Notes: generated from the sequence alone by a model not told the origin. A stretch of DNA of 64,000 nucleotides from an uncultured Myxococcales bacterium (GCA_903842345.1 CAIMLR010000017.1:33960-97959); one strand, 5' to 3'; numbered from the stretch's first letter, positions 20,309-29,456 are shown. A program made the numbers and translations.

Positions 20309-20635
20309 CTACCACCTTCGGCGCCGGCCCCCCTTGTCGCCGAGCACGCCAAAACGCAGCAGCTCATCGCGATCCAGCAGATACTCCTCGCCCTCCTTCA
20401 AGTACTTGGCGATGAAGCGCATCTCCATCTCGCCCGCCTCGTGCTCGTCCTTGCGCTCGGTCAGCGACTCGATGGGATTGCCGTTCGTGTAGTTCATGCC
20501 CTCGACTTGCGCGGCCTTCAGGTTGTTGATCTGCGCGTCATACGTCGCAGCGCGTTCGTGATGAAACTCGGCGCTCGCGATGCACAACTCGCGTAGTTCT
20601 GCGGTGGGGATGCAAACTTTCAGTCCTTCAATCAC
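20309..20635 (-). CDS. Hypothetical protein (108 aa)
   Basis: ORF only. No recognisable motif. Lies in a defence island. Confidence 0.4.
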   Translation of the reverse strand: MIEGLKVCIPTAELRELCIASAEFHHERAATYDAQINNLKAAQVEGMNYTNGNPIESLTERKDEHEAGEMEMRFIAKYLKEGEEYLLDRDELLRFGVLGDKGGRRRRW

Positions 20636-20677
20636 GGTGTTCCTCGCTCGGGGTTGAAATGGATGGCGACGACCGCT

Positions 20678-21211
20678 TCAGCGGCTGCGCCCACGGCCGA
20701 CGGGCACCAAGCCCATCATGCGTTCGCCGTTGTGGTAGTAGACGATGAAGGCGCGGCAGCCGTCGGCCCAGAGCTCGTCGCGGCCGGCCGACATCCCGTT
20801 GTTGGCAGAGGCGATGTTGGTGAACACGAAGTCGCGGCCGGCGTTGAAGGCGGCGACGACCGCGGCGACGTTGCGGCAGTTGACCGGCGCGCGCAGTGTC
20901 GCGCGTGGACCGCCGTTCGGCGTGCCGGACTTGAACTCCGGACAGACATCCGGGTCCAGGTCGACCGGCGCGTCGATCGGCTGGTCGGGCTTCTGCTCGC
21001 GTTGTGTCTGCTCCTTGGGCGTCGGCTCTTCGTCGAGGCCCAGTTCCGAGAAGTCGACGTTTTGCAGCATCGCGACGATGACTCGCCCCATAACGCCACC
21101 ATCCGCTTCGCTCGACGCCCTGGGCTGGTCTACGTCGTCTTCGAACAGGCAATCGAACTCGTCTGCATCGTCGCGCGGCATGGAGCTGGGTTGATCTTCG
21201 GTCTTGGACAT
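20678..21211 (-). CDS. Hypothetical acidic protein (177 aa)
   Basis: ORF with an Asp/Glu-rich N-terminus. Same orientation as the 108-aa ORF, 43 nt apart. Confidence 0.4.
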   Translation of the reverse strand: MSKTEDQPSSMPRDDADEFDCLFEDDVDQPRASSEADGGVMGRVIVAMLQNVDFSELGLDEEPTPKEQTQREQKPDQPIDAPVDLDPDVCPEFKSGTPNGGPRATLRAPVNCRNVAAVVAAFNAGRDFVFTNIASANNGMSAGRDELWADGCRAFIVYYHNGERMMGLVPVGRGRSR

Positions 21212-21269
21212 GGGACTCCTTCAGGTCGCACCTGCCCCGCGGGAACGCAGCACGATGTTGCGGACCGGG

Positions 21270-21380
21270 ATCGAGTGGGCTTGCTTGACAAGCATACGGC
21301 AATAACATAATGATGTCAAGTAGTTGAGAAAACAAGGCGAACGATTAAGGAAAATGACGGGGAAAAAAGAGCGGCGACGG
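21270..21380. promoter_or_regulatory. AT-rich divergent intergenic region, a probable promoter/operator for the WYL regulator and the minus-strand genes
   Basis: An unusually AT-rich stretch (aataacataatgatgtcaagtagttgagaaaacaaggcgaacgattaaggaaaatgacgggg) in a ~69% GC background. Confidence 0.3.
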
Positions 21381-21799
21381 CATCGTCGTCTGCCAAAAAG
21401 CCCTCGTTCTATTTGTGCGAGCAAGAAATCGGCAAATTGTGCATTCAAGGTCTTCTTCTTGACGCACAGGCGATTTCCACTTCTTGCACGACGATTATTC
21501 TTTCGCCCCTTCGCAGCAGATTTCCTCCTCGCCTCGTGTTTCTTTCCGCGTCGCATTTCTGCTTTTTGCGGCGCGAATGCTTGCGGAGCGGTTTCAAGGC
21601 CCAATTGCCGCCGGACCTGGGCTTCCGCCGTGCCGGGCCACGCCAGCGCCCCCAAAAGTCGATGGAAGCATCCTCCCGGCCCCCAGCGACAACGACTGTC
21701 GCATTCGCGCCCGAGCCTCCACGTCCCGCTTGTGCGAAACCGGGCCATCGACAAGACTCGCCGCCAGCGCGAAGCGCGCACGCAACAGCGAGGCCGACG

Positions 21800-22801
21800 A
21801 TGTCCGATACCGTACTCCGCCACTGGACGATGCTCCGCCAGGTCCCGCGCCATCCGCGCAAGGTAGGCGCCGCACAATTGGCCCGAGTGCTCAGCAACGC
21901 TGGCTTTGACGTCTCGCGGCGATCCATCGAGCGCGACCTCAACAAGCTCTCGACCGTGTTCCCGCTGCGCTGCGATGACGAGCACAAGCCGTACGGCTGG
22001 TCATGGATGGCCGACGCGACCGCGTTCGACTTGCCCGCGATGGACGTTCACGCGGCATTAGCGTTCCGCATGGCCGCAGATCATCTGCACGCGCTGCTCC
22101 CCGAGGTGACGCGCAGCCACCTGGACCCGCACTTCCGGCGAGCGAAGGCCGTGCTCGATGGCCTGAATGACAACGTGCTCTCCGATTGGCCGGACAAAGT
22201 GCGCGTCATGCCAGCGGGCCAGCCGATGCTGCCGCCGGCGATCCCGCAGGACGTGCTGGAAAACGTGCAGGCGGGGCTGCTGGCGGAGAAACAATTGCGC
22301 GTCGTGTACCGCAAGCGCGGTGAGGCGGAGGCGCGGACGTACCTCGTGCATCCGCAGGCGCTCGTCTGGCGCGACGCGGTCGGGTACTTGCTGTGTATTT
22401 TGTGGAAATACGACGATTTGAAGCAGTTCGTGCTGCATCGCATGGAGTCAGTCGAGCTGGTGGACGAGCCGCGCCGTCCGCTGCCTGGCTTCTCGCTCGA
22501 CGCGGAGATCGCGACTGGCTCGTTTAGCTTCTTGCTGGCTGACCAGTCGATCGAGCTGGAGGTGCTGTTCCATGCATTCGCCGCAGTCCGGGTGCGCGAG
22601 ACGCCGGTGGCCGTGACCCAGGAGCTGGTCGAGCAGCCCGACGGCAAGATCCTGCTCCGCGCCACGCTGGCCGACACCGTGCAACTGCGGACGTGGCTGC
22701 TCAGCATGGGCGAGTACGCGGAAGTGCTGGGGCCGCCGGCGTTGCGCAAGTCGATCGCGACCAGCATCCGCGAGATGGCGGACAAGTACGCGGGCGACTA
22801 A
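21800..22801 (+). CDS. HTH plus WYL-domain transcriptional regulator (BrxR/CapW-like)
   Basis: ATG at 21800 (MSDTVLRHWTMLRQVPRHPRKVGAAQLARVLSNAGFDVSRRSIERDLNKL is an N-terminal wHTH like YafY/BrxR). WYL-type segment RVVYRKRGEAEARTYLVHPQALVWRDAVGYLLC. 333 aa. The track ORF extends upstream to TTG 21413 through a low-complexity leader. Confidence 0.75.
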   Translation: MSDTVLRHWTMLRQVPRHPRKVGAAQLARVLSNAGFDVSRRSIERDLNKLSTVFPLRCDDEHKPYGWSWMADATAFDLPAMDVHAALAFRMAADHLHALLPEVTRSHLDPHFRRAKAVLDGLNDNVLSDWPDKVRVMPAGQPMLPPAIPQDVLENVQAGLLAEKQLRVVYRKRGEAEARTYLVHPQALVWRDAVGYLLCILWKYDDLKQFVLHRMESVELVDEPRRPLPGFSLDAEIATGSFSFLLADQSIELEVLFHAFAAVRVRETPVAVTQELVEQPDGKILLRATLADTVQLRTWLLSMGEYAEVLGPPALRKSIATSIREMADKYAGD

Positions 22802-22870
22802 TCGGCAGCGGAAACGCATGCGACACGGATTGTCGCAGCCTTCCCGTACATTCTACGGCGGAGGTTTCCC

Positions 22871-24916
22871 ATGTTTGAATACGAACTCACAGCCGACAGC
22901 CACACTCGCCAATGCGCCATCTGGACCACCCGCCTGGTCCTCGCGGGCCTCGCGCACCATCCGCGTGGGCCTGACGCGTTGGATACCTTGGACACCGAGA
23001 CGCGGCGACTCGTTGGCCTGCAGCACACGCCGGAGCACTCGCCCCTTACGGTTGCTGCACTGCAAGACCGCCTAGCGGCGCTGGAACCTGACAAGTCGGC
23101 GCGCGGAGGGGCGCTGTTTGCCAACGTGACGATGCTCGGCGACTCGCTTGGGCTGTCGAAGTTGGAGCGCGACCTGCTGGCGCTCGCGGTCATGATGAAC
23201 ACGACGGAGGGTGTGAACGAGATCTTCTGGCAGATCGCGCCGGTGCCGTGGTCTCGCGTGGCGGCGATTCTGGCAGCGGTCCTGGAGTCGACGCCGGCGG
23301 AAATGCACGCTGCTCTCAGCCCTGGGGCGCCACTCGTCGCGACACGGCTGGTCAAGCGCGGTGGAGTGCGCAAACCTCAGCAACTGCTGGACTTGCCGGA
23401 GGGTTTTGTCGGGCTGATTCTGGAAGAACATAGCGACGCGGACGCGCTGGTCGCCAACCTGTTCCGCCCCGCGCCGCCTCCGACGCTGACAATCGCCGAT
23501 TTTCCGCACGTCGCGGCCGATCTGGAGCTGCTGGTGCCGATCCTCAAGACGGCGTACCGCGATGGGACACTCGGGTTTGACGTGCTCATCCATGGACCGC
23601 AGGGCACGGACAAGACGGAGCTGGTGCGGGTCATTGCGCATGAAGTCGGCGCGCGGCTGTGCGAAGTGAATCTCGTGGACAACGACGGCGATGCGCTGAG
23701 CGGCGGCAAGCGGCTGGCGGCGTGGGCGCTGTCGCAGGGGATACTGAGGCACAAACCCGGGTCATTGTTGCTGTTTGAGAAAGCGGAGGCCGTGTTTCCA
23801 TGCGACCCTCGGGCCAGAATATTCGGCGAGGAGCCGGAAAGTCGCGTTGGCGAGGGCTGGCTGAACCGCGCGCTGGAGACGCATCCGGTGCCCACGGTGT
23901 GGGTCAGCAACGCGATTGACCAGCTCGACCCCGCGTACCTGCGGCGCTTTGACATCGTCGTGGAGGTGGGGCCCGCGCCGGCGTCGATTCGGCGACAGAT
24001 GCTGAACCGGCATTTGAGCGCGCTACCGCTGGGCGATTCGTGGCTGGATCGCGCGGCAAACGACGTGCGGCTAGCTCCTGCGCACGTGAAGAGGGCGGCG
24101 CGGGTGGTGCGCATGCTGGAGTCGGACTGCGCTGTGACGACGGAAGCCGCGCTGGACCGCCTGCTGGAGCCGGGACTGGACGGAAGTGGCACCCGACGAA
24201 TTGGCGGGACAATGGACGTCGGGCCGTACGACCTGAGCTTGGTGAACGCCAGCCGCGACGTGCAAGCACTGGGTGCGGCTTTGGCCAAGAATCCGCGCGG
24301 GACGCTGTGCCTGTACGGGCCGCCGGGGACGGGCAAGACGGCGTTCGTGCAGCACTTGGCGACGCTGACGGGTTTGCCGCTGTTGCAGAAACGCGGCTCG
24401 GATTTGAGGGGCAAGTACGTCGGCGAGACGGAGAAGGCGATCGCAGCAATGTTCCGTCAGGCGCGTGACGAGCGGCGCATGCTGTTCCTCGACGAAGCGG
24501 ACACGTTCCTGCAGGATCGCTCGACCGCGCAGCGCCATTGGGAGGTGTCGTTCGTCAACGAACTGTTGGTGCAGATGGAGGCGTTTGACGGGCTGTTTGT
24601 CTGCGCGACCAACCTTGTGGACAGCCTGGACCGGGCGTCGCTGCGGCGATTTTCGCTGAAGATTCGCTTCGATCCGCTGAGCGCGGTGCAGCGGTGGGAG
24701 ATGTTGACGCAGCTCTGCGGGAAGACGCCAGAAGAGTCCCTGCGGGCGCGGCTGGACAAGGCGGACGGGCTGGCGGCGGGCGATTTCGCCGTGGTGGCGC
24801 GGCAGGAGGCGATGCTCGGCACGCAGGCATCGGCCGAGGCGATGGTCACGGCGCTGGAGGAGGAACTGGCGATGAAGTCCGGGACGGCGCGGCGGGTGGC
24901 GGGATTCGCCAGATGA
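22871..24916 (+). CDS. Tandem AAA+ ATPase (two AAA modules)
   Basis: First Walker A VLIHGPQGTDKTELV. Second Walker A LCLYGPPGTGKTAFV, with Walker B LFLDEADTF and a CbbX/SpoVK-like module. 681 aa. Starts 70 nt downstream of the WYL regulator. Confidence 0.8.
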   Translation: MFEYELTADSHTRQCAIWTTRLVLAGLAHHPRGPDALDTLDTETRRLVGLQHTPEHSPLTVAALQDRLAALEPDKSARGGALFANVTMLGDSLGLSKLERDLLALAVMMNTTEGVNEIFWQIAPVPWSRVAAILAAVLESTPAEMHAALSPGAPLVATRLVKRGGVRKPQQLLDLPEGFVGLILEEHSDADALVANLFRPAPPPTLTIADFPHVAADLELLVPILKTAYRDGTLGFDVLIHGPQGTDKTELVRVIAHEVGARLCEVNLVDNDGDALSGGKRLAAWALSQGILRHKPGSLLLFEKAEAVFPCDPRARIFGEEPESRVGEGWLNRALETHPVPTVWVSNAIDQLDPAYLRRFDIVVEVGPAPASIRRQMLNRHLSALPLGDSWLDRAANDVRLAPAHVKRAARVVRMLESDCAVTTEAALDRLLEPGLDGSGTRRIGGTMDVGPYDLSLVNASRDVQALGAALAKNPRGTLCLYGPPGTGKTAFVQHLATLTGLPLLQKRGSDLRGKYVGETEKAIAAMFRQARDERRMLFLDEADTFLQDRSTAQRHWEVSFVNELLVQMEAFDGLFVCATNLVDSLDRASLRRFSLKIRFDPLSAVQRWEMLTQLCGKTPEESLRARLDKADGLAAGDFAVVARQEAMLGTQASAEAMVTALEEELAMKSGTARRVAGFAR

Positions 24917-25027
24917 TGAAGCTGGCTCGGTGACGCCCTCGTGCGCGCCGCCTTCCAGTGAGGCACGCCAACCGCTAGAGTTGGTCGACTGGCCAGCCGC
25001 CGCGACCATGTTCCAAGAGGCAGACCC

Positions 25028-25753
25028 ATGAAGTTGCGCATCCTCTCCGACCTCCACTTCGAGTTCCACCCGGACGCTGGGCGTGGCTTCGTACGATCGC
25101 TCCAAGTCGAGCCAGATGAGGTCCTGGTCCTCGCTGGCGACCTCGCGACGCCCGAACTTCTGCCGCAGTCGCTGGACCTGCTTTGCCAGCGCTTTCGCCA
25201 CGTGGTGTTCGTCGCTGGCAATCACGAGTACTACGGCCGATCGCCCGACGAGGTGCACGAGATTCTGCGCGCGGCCGTGGGTCGCAACGCCAACTTGCAC
25301 TGGCTCGAATCTGCTGCCGTGATGATCGAGGAGCAGCGTTTCGTCGGCGCGACGTTGTGGTTTGGTGAAGAGGCGGGCGAACAGCCAGGACGCCATTTCC
25401 TAAATGACTTTGCCGTCATCGACGACTTCGAGCCTTGGGTCTACAGCCAGCATGAGCGCGCCGTTGCGTACTTGAGCCGCACTATCCGCGCTACGGATGT
25501 CGTCATAACCCATCACTTGCCGGCCCAGGCATGCGTCTCGCCGAAGTGGCGGAGCTCGCCGCTGAACCCGTTCTTCGTGCACGACATGGAGCCGCTCATC
25601 CGTGCGCGTCAGCCGAAGCTCTGGGTGCACGGGCACACGCATTCCGCCGTGGACGTGAAGGTCGGTCAGACGCGCGTCGTGGCGAATCCACTCGGCTACG
25701 TGGGGCATGAGGCGCAGGACGGGTTTATCGACCGACTGGTGGTGGAGGTGTAG
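25028..25753 (+). CDS. Calcineurin-like metallophosphoesterase
   Basis: Motifs LVLAGDL (GD), VAGNHEY (GNHE) and ITHHLP. 241 aa. Confidence 0.8.
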   Translation: MKLRILSDLHFEFHPDAGRGFVRSLQVEPDEVLVLAGDLATPELLPQSLDLLCQRFRHVVFVAGNHEYYGRSPDEVHEILRAAVGRNANLHWLESAAVMIEEQRFVGATLWFGEEAGEQPGRHFLNDFAVIDDFEPWVYSQHERAVAYLSRTIRATDVVITHHLPAQACVSPKWRSSPLNPFFVHDMEPLIRARQPKLWVHGHTHSAVDVKVGQTRVVANPLGYVGHEAQDGFIDRLVVEV

Positions 25754-25755
25754 TT

Positions 25756-25774
25756 AAATTTTACGTGATATCAC
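25756..25774. repeat. Short AT-rich motif copy (AAATTTTACGTGATATCAC) 2 nt after the metallophosphoesterase stop
   Basis: GTATTT..GTGATAC family. Contains the palindrome GTGATATCAC. Confidence 0.45.
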
Positions 25775-26502
25775 TCCCACAGGCCGCACCGCCATTCCGG
25801 TTACCTCTTGAAAAACCTCGTTGGCCCGTTTGTCGGGCGAATGCTACTTTGACGATCCGGCTCGTGGATGGTCGAGCCAGATGGTGGACCGTGGCCAAAA
25901 CGTCATCAACGCCTGGACAAAGTCTGCGAACGCTGTTGCGGGCAGCATTGGAAGCCGCGCGCGCAGCAGATGTGCCTTACGCGATCGGCGGTGCGCTCGC
26001 GATGCATGCGCATGGGTTCGAGCGCAGCACGAAGGACGTGGACATCTTCGTCGCGCAAGAGAACGCGTTCGCGCTGTTGCGTGCGCTACGTGTGCTCGGA
26101 TTGAAAGTCATTCCGATTTCCGAGCCGAACAATTATGCTGCTTATTTACCCAACACGACAGATCCCGAAGAACGCATCGATGTCATTGTGCCTGAAGGTG
26201 AGCCAGGGTTGAGCGCCATTGAATGGTCGGAAACTAAAGAACTTTTCGGGAGCGCGGCCCAAGTTTTCCCGCTCGACTTGCTGGTGTTCGCCAAGGGGTG
26301 CGCGTTGCGCCCCAAGGATGAATTCGACCTCGCCTCACTGATGGCGCGAGGCATGTTCGACCCGCGCCAGGTAAGCGAGTTGATTCGCTCGATAGACCCC
26401 GAAGGGGCGGATGAGTTCGATCGTGCGATTCAGCGGTTGACGCGGCCATCTCCGCCACGCCGACCGCCGCTGCTTTCTCGATTGCCACCCCGTAAGCGCT
26501 AA
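25765..26502 (+). CDS. Nucleotidyltransferase-fold protein (AbiEii/MNT-like)
   Basis: NTase signature AIGGALAMHAHGFERSTKDVDIFV (hGG...S..DhD). The GTG start is uncertain; the first ~45 codons may be non-coding. Confidence 0.6.
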   Translation: MISLPQAAPPFRLPLEKPRWPVCRANATLTIRLVDGRARWWTVAKTSSTPGQSLRTLLRAALEAARAADVPYAIGGALAMHAHGFERSTKDVDIFVAQENAFALLRALRVLGLKVIPISEPNNYAAYLPNTTDPEERIDVIVPEGEPGLSAIEWSETKELFGSAAQVFPLDLLVFAKGCALRPKDEFDLASLMARGMFDPRQVSELIRSIDPEGADEFDRAIQRLTRPSPPRRPPLLSRLPPRKR

Positions 26503-26589
26503 CAGGAAGTGAGCGACAGGTGCGCCGGAAGAAGTAGGCGACGGCGACGCACGCCGCGTTTTCATACCCCACTGCGACGGTGCTGCGGC

Positions 26590-26611
26590 GGTATTACCAG
26601 GTGATACGGCG
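26590..26611. repeat. Short AT-rich motif copy (GGTATTACCAGGTGATACGGCG) in the intergenic region upstream of the Ubl gene
   Basis: GTAT-N-GTGATAC family. Confidence 0.4.
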
Positions 26612-26725
26612 ACACGCCGTCATGCGCAAAACTCACTGATTTCCTGAGATAAGAAGCATGACGAGGCAAAGTCTGCCCGCGTCACAGTGTCTTTTTCCCA
26701 TTCGTATTTCAGGAGCTTTCCCACC

Positions 26726-26935
26726 ATGAACATCAAAATCCTCCGCCTCGGTCATTCCGCCCGCCATCACGAAGCCGCTGCCGGCGCCACCGTCGGCGAA
26801 GTCCTGGACGCGGTCGACCTGCCCGCCGCCGGTCACGCCATCTCGGTCAACGGCTTGGGCGCCAGCACGACCACCGGCCTCAGCGACGGCGACGTCGTCA
26901 CGCTGGTCCCGAAGGTCGAGGGCGGCAGCAAGTAA
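26726..26935 (+). CDS. Ubiquitin-like (beta-grasp, ThiS/MoaD/BilA-like) protein, 69 aa, ending ...VEGG-SK
   Basis: ATG at 26726, preceded by AGGAG at 26711. 69 aa with a C-terminal di-Gly followed by two residues (VEGGSK). Sits immediately upstream of E2-like, JAB and E1 genes. Confidence 0.6.
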   Translation: MNIKILRLGHSARHHEAAAGATVGEVLDAVDLPAAGHAISVNGLGASTTTGLSDGDVVTLVPKVEGGSK

Positions 26936-27009
26936 GCGATCCCGCAACACATTCGCCCGCTGGGCCGCATCCGGTGCGTCCGGAGCGGCTCGGCTGGCGG
27001 GGAGGCAAC

Positions 27010-28026
27010 ATGCATCACTGTGACCAGACCATGGCCGCGTACCTGCTGGATTGGCAGGCGAAGCTCGGCTTGAACATCCGCTACCAGCGTTGGTCGGCGC
27101 GGTACACCGACCCGGCGCCTTTCCGCCGCGAGATTGAACTGTTGGGCCCGATTGCTGGGACCGCAGACGAATGCCGGTTGCCGTACAAGGACGGCGTGCA
27201 GACGGTCAACGTCGTGCACGGCCGTCCTCACACGGGCGAGCCGGTCGAGCTGACCATCGACGGCGAGACCTTCGTGGTCGCGTCTGTTGAAGGCCGGCGC
27301 GTGCGCCTGGCGTTCGATCTCGAGCGCCTGTTTGAAGTGCCGGGCGAGATCCAACCGGGCCTCATCCTGGAAGCGGTCCTGGGCGCGGCGTTGCCACTGG
27401 CAGCGGCGTACATCAGTGCCTACGACTGGGAGCGCGAGAAGGCGGAGTTCGGGGCGTGGATGGTGTCGTCGGTCGACGGCATGGTCCGCAACTGGAAGAA
27501 CGCCATCCGCGACAATGAATACGAGGCCAACCGCCTGACGTCGCAAATCAGCGGCCTGGTACGCAAGAACGGCGAGCTGCGTGAGCAGATTGTGGCGCTT
27601 GAAGCAACGACGCGCCCGGCGCAGGAGACCAAAGCGGCGGAAGAGTTCGCGGCGCTGGTGAAGATGATGCCGTCGCCGGTCGTGAGTGTGGAAGTCGACT
27701 ACGGCAAGCTGAGCATCGTGCTGGAGCCGCTCACGTTGGAGCACGACAGCACGGACTACCGGATGGGCAGCTATACGCTGACGGTCACCGCCGACAAAGT
27801 GCACATCTGGTCGGACGGCGGTTTCAGCTATCCGCACCCGCACGTGAGCAGCGACGGCGTGCCCTGCTGGGGCAATCTGGGCCCCGGCATTGGCAAGTTG
27901 CTCGGCGAGGGCCAGTACGCGGCGTTGGTCAGCGTGATTCTGGAGTTTCTCCACAGTTACAACGAGCGCGACGCGTACCGGCACATCGAGACCTGGGACC
28001 CGGATTACAACAGCGAAGACGATTAG
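27010..28026 (+). CDS. E2-like (UBC-fold) ubiquitin-conjugating enzyme homolog with a ~230-aa N-terminal extension (BilB-like)
   Basis: C-terminal motif YPHPHVSSDGVPCWGNLGPG resembles the E2 HPN(I/V)...G.IC active site (candidate catalytic Cys in VPCW). ATG at 27010, preceded by GGAGG. The track alternative is GTG at 26974. Confidence 0.55.
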   Translation: MHHCDQTMAAYLLDWQAKLGLNIRYQRWSARYTDPAPFRREIELLGPIAGTADECRLPYKDGVQTVNVVHGRPHTGEPVELTIDGETFVVASVEGRRVRLAFDLERLFEVPGEIQPGLILEAVLGAALPLAAAYISAYDWEREKAEFGAWMVSSVDGMVRNWKNAIRDNEYEANRLTSQISGLVRKNGELREQIVALEATTRPAQETKAAEEFAALVKMMPSPVVSVEVDYGKLSIVLEPLTLEHDSTDYRMGSYTLTVTADKVHIWSDGGFSYPHPHVSSDGVPCWGNLGPGIGKLLGEGQYAALVSVILEFLHSYNERDAYRHIETWDPDYNSEDD

Positions 28027-28061
28027 CGTCAGCGCGACCGGCATCGACAACAGACGGCCTC

Positions 28062-28088
28062 GGGCAGTTTCCACGGTGGAAACTGCCC
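28062..28088 (+). terminator. Perfect 12-13 bp inverted repeat (GGGCAGTTTCCAC-G-GTGGAAACTGCCC) followed by GCGCTTTTGG. Intrinsic terminator/attenuator-like hairpin between the E2 and JAB genes.
   Basis: Read directly. Located 36 nt after the E2 stop and 28 nt before the JAB ATG. Confidence 0.4.
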
Positions 28089-28115
28089 GGGGTCGTCGCG
28101 CTTTTGGAGACGAAC

Positions 28116-28715
28116 ATGAAAGTGAAACAGAATCTGCGGGTTCGCATCGACGCGGACGCCATGGAGCGCATCTGGCACTGGACCGACCTGGCGGCAGGCG
28201 AGTTTTCCTGCCTGGGGACTGTCGCCGACGACATCCTCGTTGGCGATGTGCGCCTGTTCGATCAGATCTGCACGGCGGCCAGCACGGAGCTGGACCAGGA
28301 GGCGCTGGCGAAGTTCCTCGTGACGCATCCTCAGCCCGAGCACGTGCGGGCGTGGATCCACAGCCACGGGCGCCTGGGGGTCTTCTGGAGCCAGCAGGAC
28401 GAGGCGTGCATCGAGGGCCTGGCCAACGAGGCGTGCCTGATCAGCATCGTGGTCAACAAGAAGCGCGAGTGGAAGGCGCGGATCGACGTCTGGCAGCCGT
28501 TTCGGCTGACCTTCGACGACCTGCCGCTGGAAATCCGCCTGCCCGACCAGAACCTGCGCGGCGAGTGCGAACGCCTGTTCAATGCGCATGTGGTCGAGAT
28601 GGCGCCGGTGCTGATGCCGGATTGGCGCGGTGGTGTGCGGCAGCAGCAGCAACAGAGCCAGCCGTATCGGGGCGGGTGGCCTGATTTTGACGACGATTTG
28701 GCAGACTGGAGGTAA
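28116..28715 (+). CDS. JAB/JAMM (MPN+) metalloprotease, a deubiquitinase-like peptidase (BilC/Cap3-like)
   Basis: JAMM motif E(FSCLG)...HSHGRLGVFWSQQD, which is HxHx7Sx2D. 199 aa from ATG 28116. The track start is TTG at 28104. Confidence 0.75.
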   Translation: MKVKQNLRVRIDADAMERIWHWTDLAAGEFSCLGTVADDILVGDVRLFDQICTAASTELDQEALAKFLVTHPQPEHVRAWIHSHGRLGVFWSQQDEACIEGLANEACLISIVVNKKREWKARIDVWQPFRLTFDDLPLEIRLPDQNLRGECERLFNAHVVEMAPVLMPDWRGGVRQQQQQSQPYRGGWPDFDDDLADWR

Positions 28716-28718
28716 GCA

Positions 28719-29342
28719 ATGAATTTCCATCGACAACTGGATGTGCTGGATGTTCCGCGGCTGGCGCGGACGCCCATCACGGTCATTGGCGCGGGAGCGG
28801 TGGGCAGCTTCACCGTGCTGGCGTTGGCAAAGAGCGGCGCGGAAAACATCACCGTTTGGGATGACGACAGCATCGAGAGTCACAATTTGCCGAGCCAGTG
28901 GTACCGCCTGGCGGATTTGGGACGGCCGAAGGTGCTGGCGCTCAAGGCGCTGGTGTTGGAGATGACCGGCGTGGACATCAAGGTGGTGCAAGAGCGCTTC
29001 CAGGGCGACGGTGCGACGGAACTGACCATCTGCTGCGTGGACAGCATGGACGCGCGCATCGCGTTGTGGAGGCAACTTCATCCACGGCCTGCGCTTTATG
29101 TCGATGCGCGCATGGGCGCCGAGGTCGGCAAGGTCATGTGCGTCGGCGCGTTCGGCTCCTGGTACGAGGAAACGCTGCACCCCAGCAGCGAAGCGTACCG
29201 GGCACCGTGCACGGCGCGCGCGACCATGTACTGCGCCAGCGGCCTGGCGGCTTTCATCGCCGGGCAAGTGGCGAACTACGCCAGCGACCGGCCCACCCGG
29301 GACGAGATGACCGTCGATTTTCGCAACGGAATCATCATCTAA
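28719..29342 (+). CDS. E1-like ThiF/MoeB-family adenylyltransferase (BilD-like)
   Basis: Rossmann motif ITVIGAGAVGSFTVLALAKSGAENITVWDDD. 207 aa. Starts 3 nt after the JAB stop. Confidence 0.8.
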   Translation: MNFHRQLDVLDVPRLARTPITVIGAGAVGSFTVLALAKSGAENITVWDDDSIESHNLPSQWYRLADLGRPKVLALKALVLEMTGVDIKVVQERFQGDGATELTICCVDSMDARIALWRQLHPRPALYVDARMGAEVGKVMCVGAFGSWYEETLHPSSEAYRAPCTARATMYCASGLAAFIAGQVANYASDRPTRDEMTVDFRNGIII

Positions 29343-29354
29343 CCGGAGGTTTCT

Positions 29355-29456
29355 ATGAGCTGGATTTTCACGGCCCTGACCAACTTCGCAAGGATCCTCG
29401 ACCTCTGCATCGCCATCGCGATGTGGGTGGGCGGGACCCGGGCGGCGTGGATCTGA
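29355..29456 (+). CDS. Candidate small hydrophobic peptide (33 aa, MSWIFTALTNFARILDLCIAIAMWVGGTRAAWI)
   Basis: ATG 12 nt after the E1 stop, with GGAGG 7 nt upstream. Below the ORF-track size cutoff, so read directly from the sequence. Confidence 0.3.
   Translation: MSWIFTALTNFARILDLCIAIAMWVGGTRAAWI

Noticed and set aside
21413-21799. Long 5' extension of the WYL regulator ORF (TTG start; Pro/Arg/Ala-rich low complexity)
   Set aside because: The region is an AT-rich promoter-like segment followed by low-complexity translation. The conserved wHTH begins at the ATG at 21800.
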